Shown in pieces: positions 58,637-64,000 of a DNA stretch of 64,000 nt (position 1 is the stretch's first letter; each line of letters starts with the position of its first letter). The notes below the pieces were generated by a model. The model searched no databases. It was not told the DNA's origin and saw only the letters and a program-made list of their open reading frames with translations. This stretch comes from Candidatus Eremiobacteria bacterium (lineage in GTDB: Bacteria > Vulcanimicrobiota > Vulcanimicrobiia > Vulcanimicrobiales > Vulcanimicrobiaceae): assembly GCA_963737065.1 (NCBI GenBank), contig CAVTRC010000001.1:960001-1024000 (forward strand). Direction: 5' to 3'. The translations under genes and the position numbers were made by a program.

Positions 58637-59695
58637 ATGGACGCCAAGTCGGCGGTTCAATGCCTCACGCGCTTCGGTGTTTTCGACGGTTGCCTTCCAG
58701 ACCACATCACGGTAACGTCCGCGAGCGGGCGCAACGATAACACGCTCGTACGTTGCGATGGGCGCGCCGCGTACCTGATCAAAGCCGCGTATCCGGCCGA
58801 CCCGGCTGCAGAGAGCGCACTCAAACGAGAGGCCGACTTCTGTGCCTTCTGCGCGGAGCATAGCCGCGCGCTCGACCTCGACGACCTCATACCGCGACTT
58901 GCGGCTATGGACGCGAATCGAAGCGTCTATGTCTACGACGTATTCCAGTCGGCTCTTCCACTTTCGTCAAGGTACGACAATCTGCCCGTTTGGTATAAAG
59001 TTGGCGTGAAACTCGCCGTACTTCAGCGCCGCTGCTCCGAGTTGGTGACCGGTGATTGCGCGCTCGGGCTATCGTCGGAACCTCCATCAATTCTGTCGAT
59101 GCACCGTCCGACGCCGCAGGATGTTTCGGAATTGACTGCGGCAACATGGGATCTGCTCTCGATCGTGCAGCGGCGCCCCGAATTTTGCGAACATCTCGAC
59201 GGCATTCGCGATACATGGACGGCGACAACGTTCACTCATGGCGATATTCGGGCCGCAAACGTGCTCATATCCAAGGCGCTCGATGAGCCACGCGTGCATT
59301 TCGTCGATTTCGAAACTGCCGCCTTCGGAGATCCCGCATGGGACGTCGCCGGTGCGCTCCAAGACATCGCCTTTGCCTGGATTCAATCGATGACCGCAAA
59401 TCCGGACCTCGCGCAGATGATCCGCTCCGCAAGGCGGCCCTTCGCTCAGCTTCAGTCGACGGCGCGTGCGCTCGTACGCGGATATCTTCACGCAAACGAC
59501 GCTACGAGTAGCGAGCGCGACGAGTTCATCGAGCGTGCTACGTGTTTCTCCGCGGCACGGCTGCTTCAATCGGCGTACGAATGTACGGCTGAGCTGGACG
59601 GCTTGCCCGCGCACGCAGTGCTTCTGCTCCAGCTCGCGGAAAATATCGCGGCCAATCCGCGACGCGCTGCGGAAGGCCTTTATGGAATCGCCTGA
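58637..59695 (+). CDS. APH-family phosphotransferase (LanK/TvaC-like kinase)
   Basis: GRNDN, YLIK, HGDIRAANVL, FVDFE, GDPAWDVAG. Confidence 0.87.
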   Translation: MDAKSAVQCLTRFGVFDGCLPDHITVTSASGRNDNTLVRCDGRAAYLIKAAYPADPAAESALKREADFCAFCAEHSRALDLDDLIPRLAAMDANRSVYVYDVFQSALPLSSRYDNLPVWYKVGVKLAVLQRRCSELVTGDCALGLSSEPPSILSMHRPTPQDVSELTAATWDLLSIVQRRPEFCEHLDGIRDTWTATTFTHGDIRAANVLISKALDEPRVHFVDFETAAFGDPAWDVAGALQDIAFAWIQSMTANPDLAQMIRSARRPFAQLQSTARALVRGYLHANDATSSERDEFIERATCFSAARLLQSAYECTAELDGLPAHAVLLLQLAENIAANPRRAAEGLYGIA

Positions 59696-60557
59696 CGTGC
59701 GCGCGATCGCCCACGATCGAACGTTGAAGCCGGGCAGCGACGACATCGCTGCGATCCTCTATGAAAGGGCCTACTGCCGCCTGCGGAATCCGTACGCCGC
59801 ACGGTCCTCACCGGACGAAAGGCCGCGCTTCATCGCCGAACTTTCGCTCGCGAATCGCGGAACCGGCCACCGGCAGACGGGTTGGACGCTCCTCGACACG
59901 GATGGCGATCGTTGCGTCGTTGCGAAAAACGGCGTGCGCTTTTATGCGAACCGGGGCGATGTGCGCACAACCGCGCAGAACGCATGTCGTGTTCGCATCG
60001 AAAAGGAGATGCGAGCGCTGATTCCGGGCTTCTATTGCGCCATCGGCGACGCAGACGGCAGCGACGATCCCGACGTCCCAATGTTGCGCCTCTACTGGAA
60101 TTTGCAGGCCGGCGCAGCAACGAAATACATCGCACTAATTACTGGCCAATGTAATCGCCTAGGCCTACCGTTCCGTACGAAAGTTCTCGCCGACCCAACA
60201 GCCTACCGGCGCGCCGATGCCGGTGTACTATACATAGAGCGAACCGACGCAGCAGCGTTCGCTTCAACGGTCCGCGACGTTTACACAGAAATTGCACCGC
60301 TTCTGCACCACGACGTTCCGATGTTTACCAAACGCATCGCTCCCGGTCTCGCATGGGCCGAAGATCCGGGCGGCGCGCGGAGTTTCGGCGAAACACGCTG
60401 TAGCGCAATCGCCGATGGATTGATCGCAGCCGGCGACTCGGCAAATGAAAACGAGCGCTATCGGCTTATGTGCGACGCGCTCGAGAACGCGCGCATCGAC
60501 ATACGCGAACCGTATCTGTGCGGCGGCCGCAGTGCCGCGTACGCGTGCTTTTTCTAG
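59682..60557 (+). CDS. HopA1-like protein (LanY/TvaD-like phospho-lyase)
   Basis: PGFY, RLYWNL, PFRTKVL, RADAGVLY, PMFTKRIAPGLAWAEDP, SFGETRC; overlaps the kinase gene. Confidence 0.85.
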   Translation: MESPDVRAIAHDRTLKPGSDDIAAILYERAYCRLRNPYAARSSPDERPRFIAELSLANRGTGHRQTGWTLLDTDGDRCVVAKNGVRFYANRGDVRTTAQNACRVRIEKEMRALIPGFYCAIGDADGSDDPDVPMLRLYWNLQAGAATKYIALITGQCNRLGLPFRTKVLADPTAYRRADAGVLYIERTDAAAFASTVRDVYTEIAPLLHHDVPMFTKRIAPGLAWAEDPGGARSFGETRCSAIADGLIAAGDSANENERYRLMCDALENARIDIREPYLCGGRSAAYACFF

Positions 60558-61267
60558 ATCTGCGGAAACGCCTTGGGATACAGCTTGTAGTAGTTTGGCG
60601 TTTCCAGCCACTTGCCGTTCGCATACTTCAGCGTTGCAGAAGCCTTCGGTTTGGTCGGGCAGCACAACGGCGCGTTTGCGCTGTAGTACGGTCCGCTCAA
60701 CAGTAACGACGCGCCATCACCGTTTTTGACGAGCTTCGCGTCGAGGTCGCAGGCGTTCTGTACGGTGACCGCCGGCACGACCTTATTGCTCTTCGGATCG
60801 AACGTGAAAACGGTCAGGCCGGCCATCCCGCAATCGGCACCGGTTTGATGCGTCTGCACGACGAGCTGCTCGGCGGCATCGCCCATCAGCGGCGCGGCGC
60901 CCACGATACCGGCGGTTTGACGCGGGAACCATATGCTCGCGCCGCTGGCCTTCGAAAGTTTGTCGAGCGGGCCGCCGTCGCGTGGCGATTGATAGCGCAA
61001 GCGATACGTGGTGTTATCGAGTTGATAGATCGAGACGTACCATTGATAGAACGTCTCACCGCTCCCCGTACCAACGGCCTTTTTACTGATGACGCCGCGC
61101 CATTGAGCGTGCATCGCTTCACCGGCCAAGTATGCCAGTTGACTTGCGACGACAGTTCCCGGCGGCGCGGGCGCAAATGTGACGTGCGCCGGCTCTTCCG
61201 CGGCAAGAGGCTGCGAAACGAACAGGGTGAATGCGGCGATCATTATCGCGCGCGTGAATCGATGCAT
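60554..61267 (-). CDS. Secreted protein with an LppP/LprE-like C-terminal CCP motif
   Basis: GGAG SD, signal peptide, APLCCPT...LKYANGKW. Confidence 0.7.
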   Translation of the reverse strand: MHRFTRAIMIAAFTLFVSQPLAAEEPAHVTFAPAPPGTVVASQLAYLAGEAMHAQWRGVISKKAVGTGSGETFYQWYVSIYQLDNTTYRLRYQSPRDGGPLDKLSKASGASIWFPRQTAGIVGAAPLMGDAAEQLVVQTHQTGADCGMAGLTVFTFDPKSNKVVPAVTVQNACDLDAKLVKNGDGASLLLSGPYYSANAPLCCPTKPKASATLKYANGKWLETPNYYKLYPKAFPQI

Positions 61268-61346
61268 GTTAGCTTCTCCACTCCCAAGTAACGCGTGTGT
61301 AGAGCGTGGAGGAAACGCATTCCTGCGGATGATTACCGTGGACCGG

Positions 61347-62087
61347 CTAAATTCCGGCGTACCATTCGTATCCCTGATCTTCCCAATACCCGCCGGCTCC
61401 CGAATAAATAGTCGCGAACGAACCGACGAGTTCGATTCGCTCGATCCACTTGGCGCTTTTATACCCGAGTTGCGTCGGGATGCGCAAGCGAACCGGCGCG
61501 CCGTGGTCGGGGTCGAGCGGCGCATCGTTCAATCGTAGTGCCAGCAACGTCTGCGGATGCATCGCTTGATGAAGATCGAGGCTCTCGTAGTAGTGCACAT
61601 TCTGATCGTCTCTATCCATGCAATAAAACACGACGTACCGCGCATCCGCGCGCGGATGAACGGCGGCGAGAAAATCGCGTAAGCGCACGCCGCTCCATTT
61701 ACCGATGACGCTCCATCCCTCGACGCAGTCATGGCGCGTTATTTGCGTCGTCTGCTTCATCGCGTGTAATTCTCCGAGCGAGAACGTCCGTCGCCGTTCC
61801 ACGGCGCCGTCGACGATCAGCCGGTACGGTTCGAACCGGTGCGCGACGAGTTGCTCGTAATGCGAATCGCTCGGCGTAGGCAAGCCATTTACGCGAAAGT
61901 TGCGATCGACGTCTTTGTCAGTGTACTCCCGTGCCATGCCGTGCGTACCGATCAGCGCGTGATTGAGCTTTTCCGCCGAGTCGAGAACGGAGTGGAATTT
62001 CGGGTTGTTATTCAACGCGGTCGCGACCGGCGAACAGGCGGTAAGCGCGGACGAAACCGACGCCGCGATGAAAAGGCGGCGGTTCAC
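61347..62087 (-). CDS. Molybdopterin-dependent oxidoreductase (sulfite oxidase/MsrP-like), Tat lipoprotein
   Basis: NRRLFI Tat motif, LTAC, HDCVEGWS, HGAPVRL, LGYKSAKW, GYWEDQGY. Confidence 0.92.
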   Translation of the reverse strand: MNRRLFIAASVSSALTACSPVATALNNNPKFHSVLDSAEKLNHALIGTHGMAREYTDKDVDRNFRVNGLPTPSDSHYEQLVAHRFEPYRLIVDGAVERRRTFSLGELHAMKQTTQITRHDCVEGWSVIGKWSGVRLRDFLAAVHPRADARYVVFYCMDRDDQNVHYYESLDLHQAMHPQTLLALRLNDAPLDPDHGAPVRLRIPTQLGYKSAKWIERIELVGSFATIYSGAGGYWEDQGYEWYAGI

Positions 62088-62887
62088 GGTCCCACCCCGT
62101 CTTCTTTGCCCAAACGATACCATCCGGTGATCATCGAGTTCATTTGATTGGTGACGCCTTGCGTGAGTACTTGAAACATGTGAATCGCAAAAAACGCGAG
62201 TAGCGCCAGCATCCCCGCGAAGTGCCAAAGCCGCGCGAATTGCCGTCCGCCGAAGAACCACGTGAGCGGTTGCGCGACCGCGTCGATGCCGGGTGAGAGC
62301 GCGAGACCCGTAAGGACAACCAGCGGAGCTACAACGAATCCGATCGCCGTATAAGAAGCCTTCTGCAGCGGATTGTACACACCGTGCGGCGGCGCTTCTT
62401 TGCGCAGATGGAAATAATAGGCTTGCATCGGCCAGAGTTTCGGCACGTCGCTCGGGCGCAAGATCATCTCTCGCAAATTCCCTTTGATGGCCGACGAGAT
62501 CAACCATGCTACCCAGCACGCCGCGGCTATCCAAGCGAAGAACAGATGCCACCGCCGGCCGTCGGCGAGAGCCTGATACGATGGAATGGTGATCCAGCCG
62601 GGAAACGCGCGCGCGCCGCGGCTGCCCATGCCGTCGTCGGTGTAGCCGAGCCAGCCGGTCGTCGTGACCGTGTGGCCGAAAATGGTCGCCGTCCCGACGC
62701 CTTGCGCGGGAGAAGCGATGGAGACCACCCGCCGCGCGGGATTCGATTTGTCCGATGCATCGAGATACGGCGCGGCGTTGAAAATCTGCAGTCCGCTCGA
62801 CACCAGCACGCCGAACGCAATCGCCCAAAGCCAGTGGCTTAGCCGCGTCGTAACCGCGTACCGATAAATCGTGCGTCCCATCTGCAT
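62084..62887 (-). CDS. Cytochrome b/b6-domain membrane partner of the Mo enzyme
   Basis: RLSHW, SGLQIFNA, RRWHLFFAW, YNPLQK, ARLWHF, IH heme ligands. Confidence 0.9.
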   Translation of the reverse strand: MQMGRTIYRYAVTTRLSHWLWAIAFGVLVSSGLQIFNAAPYLDASDKSNPARRVVSIASPAQGVGTATIFGHTVTTTGWLGYTDDGMGSRGARAFPGWITIPSYQALADGRRWHLFFAWIAAACWVAWLISSAIKGNLREMILRPSDVPKLWPMQAYYFHLRKEAPPHGVYNPLQKASYTAIGFVVAPLVVLTGLALSPGIDAVAQPLTWFFGGRQFARLWHFAGMLALLAFFAIHMFQVLTQGVTNQMNSMITGWYRLGKEDGVGP

Positions 62888-62943
62888 ACAAATATAACGC
62901 AGGCCAGGCACGAGCGGATGATAAGCCGAACGACACCGGGCCC

Positions 62944-63720
62944 ATGTCTACAGTGACGGTGTCCATACAAGCGCACGTAGCGCGCGTCACGCTCGCGCGG
63001 CCGGATGTTCGGAACGCATTCAACGCCGAAGTGATTCGCGAACTTCGCGACGGGTTCGCGCAGCTCGCGGACGATCCCGAGGTACGCGCCATCGTCCTTG
63101 CCGGCGAGGGCCCGTCCTTCTGCGGCGGAGCCGACATCAACTGGATGCGCGGTGCGCTCGACTTGAGTTACGACGAGAACCTTGCCGATGCCGAAGCGAT
63201 GAGTTTGATGTTTCGCGCGATCGATCGTTGCGCGAAACCCGTCATTGGGCGCATTCATGGTGCGGCGCTCGGCGGAGGCTCCGGACTCACGGCCGTCTGC
63301 GACATTGCGATTGCAAGCGACGACGCGCTTTTCGGGTTCACCGAAGTGAAACTCGGGATCATTCCGGCGGTGATTTCACCGTTTGTACTGGCGAAGATCG
63401 GTCCGTCGCACGCGCGCGCGTTATTTGTGACCGGCGAACGCTTCGACGCCGAGCGCGCCCGGCACATCGGGCTCGTGCATCGCGTCGTTCCGATCGACCG
63501 CCTTGACGCGGCAATCGACGAAACGCTCGCGCAACTCATGACGAGCGCCCCGCAAGCAGTCGCGGCCGCGAAAGCGCTGATTCCACGCGTGATGACCGCG
63601 TCGTACGATGAGACGCTCGGCATCACGAGCAGCGCGATCGCCCGTCAGCGAACGTTGCCCGAAGGACAAGAAGGCCTGCGCGCATTCCTCGAACGCCGGA
63701 AAGCGGCGTTCGCGCAATGA
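62944..63720 (+). CDS. liuC: Enoyl-CoA hydratase (methylglutaconyl-CoA hydratase-like)
   Basis: [51 protein letters not shown]. Confidence 0.88.
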   Translation: MSTVTVSIQAHVARVTLARPDVRNAFNAEVIRELRDGFAQLADDPEVRAIVLAGEGPSFCGGADINWMRGALDLSYDENLADAEAMSLMFRAIDRCAKPVIGRIHGAALGGGSGLTAVCDIAIASDDALFGFTEVKLGIIPAVISPFVLAKIGPSHARALFVTGERFDAERARHIGLVHRVVPIDRLDAAIDETLAQLMTSAPQAVAAAKALIPRVMTASYDETLGITSSAIARQRTLPEGQEGLRAFLERRKAAFAQ

Positions 63721-64000
63721 TTCAGCGTCTGCTGATCGCCAACCGCGGCGAGATCGCCGTCCGGGTTGCGCGGGGTGCGCGCGAAATGGGAATCGCGCCG
63801 CTCGGCATCTATTCGGACGCGGACGCAAACGCATATCATCTCACCGTAATGGACGATGCGCGCTGCGTCGGTCCCGCACCGGCGACCCAATCGTATCTCG
63901 ACATCGACGCAATCATTGCCGCAGCAATCAGCATGAACGCCGACGCCGTGCATCCCGGTTACGGCTTTCTTTCCGAACGTGCGGCGTTCGCGAAAGCAGT
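63717..64000 (+). CDS. liuD: Biotin carboxylase subunit (methylcrotonoyl-CoA carboxylase alpha), partial
   Basis: [16 protein letters not shown]...SYLD...[15 protein letters not shown] overlap with liuC; runs off the window. Confidence 0.88.
   Translation, partial: MIQRLLIANRGEIAVRVARGAREMGIAPLGIYSDADANAYHLTVMDDARCVGPAPATQSYLDIDAIIAAAISMNADAVHPGYGFLSERAAFAKA

Noticed and set aside
58637..59695. Aminoglycoside resistance gene
   Set aside because: APH fold, but its length, motifs and coupling to a HopA1-like gene fit a peptide kinase better
59682..60557. Type III secretion effector
   Set aside because: The HopA1 label reflects fold only; no T3SS genes nearby, and the kinase pairing indicates a biosynthetic lyase
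61347..63140. 597-aa Mo-enzyme ORF
   Set aside because: The real gene starts at GTG 62087 with a Tat signal; the upstream part overlaps the cytochrome b and liuC genes
1..64000. tRNA, rRNA, transposase, integrase or prophage genes
   Set aside because: None recognised by eye; intergenic gaps are short and lack cloverleaf or T-loop signatures

Overview
High-GC bacterial chromosome segment that is mostly core genome. The mix of Firmicutes-like gene order (rplU-prp; trmD-rplS-lepB-rbgA-rnhB-yraN; nrdR, hemQ) with many secreted proteins suggests a Terrabacteria soil lineage such as Ca. Eremiobacterota/Vulcanimicrobiota; this is inference only. Contents: ribosome/translation genes, three tandem signal peptidases, a Ser/Thr kinase-APC-USP block, a sugar ABC transporter, comM, a ClC-CBS gene, the nrdR-dut-panE-hemQ operon, dprA-rlmH-argS-ppk2, pyrK-pyrD-pyrF-pyrE, a SigW-like ECF/anti-sigma/two-component locus, DUF1800/DUF1501 and the liu (leucine degradation) genes. 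Best candidate for a new system: a three-gene RiPP-like cluster at 58226-60557. It has a large-leader precursor with a Cys-free, Thr/Ser-rich tail, an APH-type kinase and a HopA1-like lyase, but no cyclase, protease or exporter. It is divergent from an output-less PDZ-multiTM-GAF receptor and lies between liuB and liuC. Other notable signals: a 4 x 77-bp hairpin array antisense to the stop codon of a zinc-ribbon gene, a synonymously diverged duplicate of the comM 3' end (possible integration scar), CTG/ATC start codons, two single-base frameshifts, and an ArgRS lacking the HIGH motif. No rRNA, tRNA, CRISPR array, transposase or integrase was recognised.
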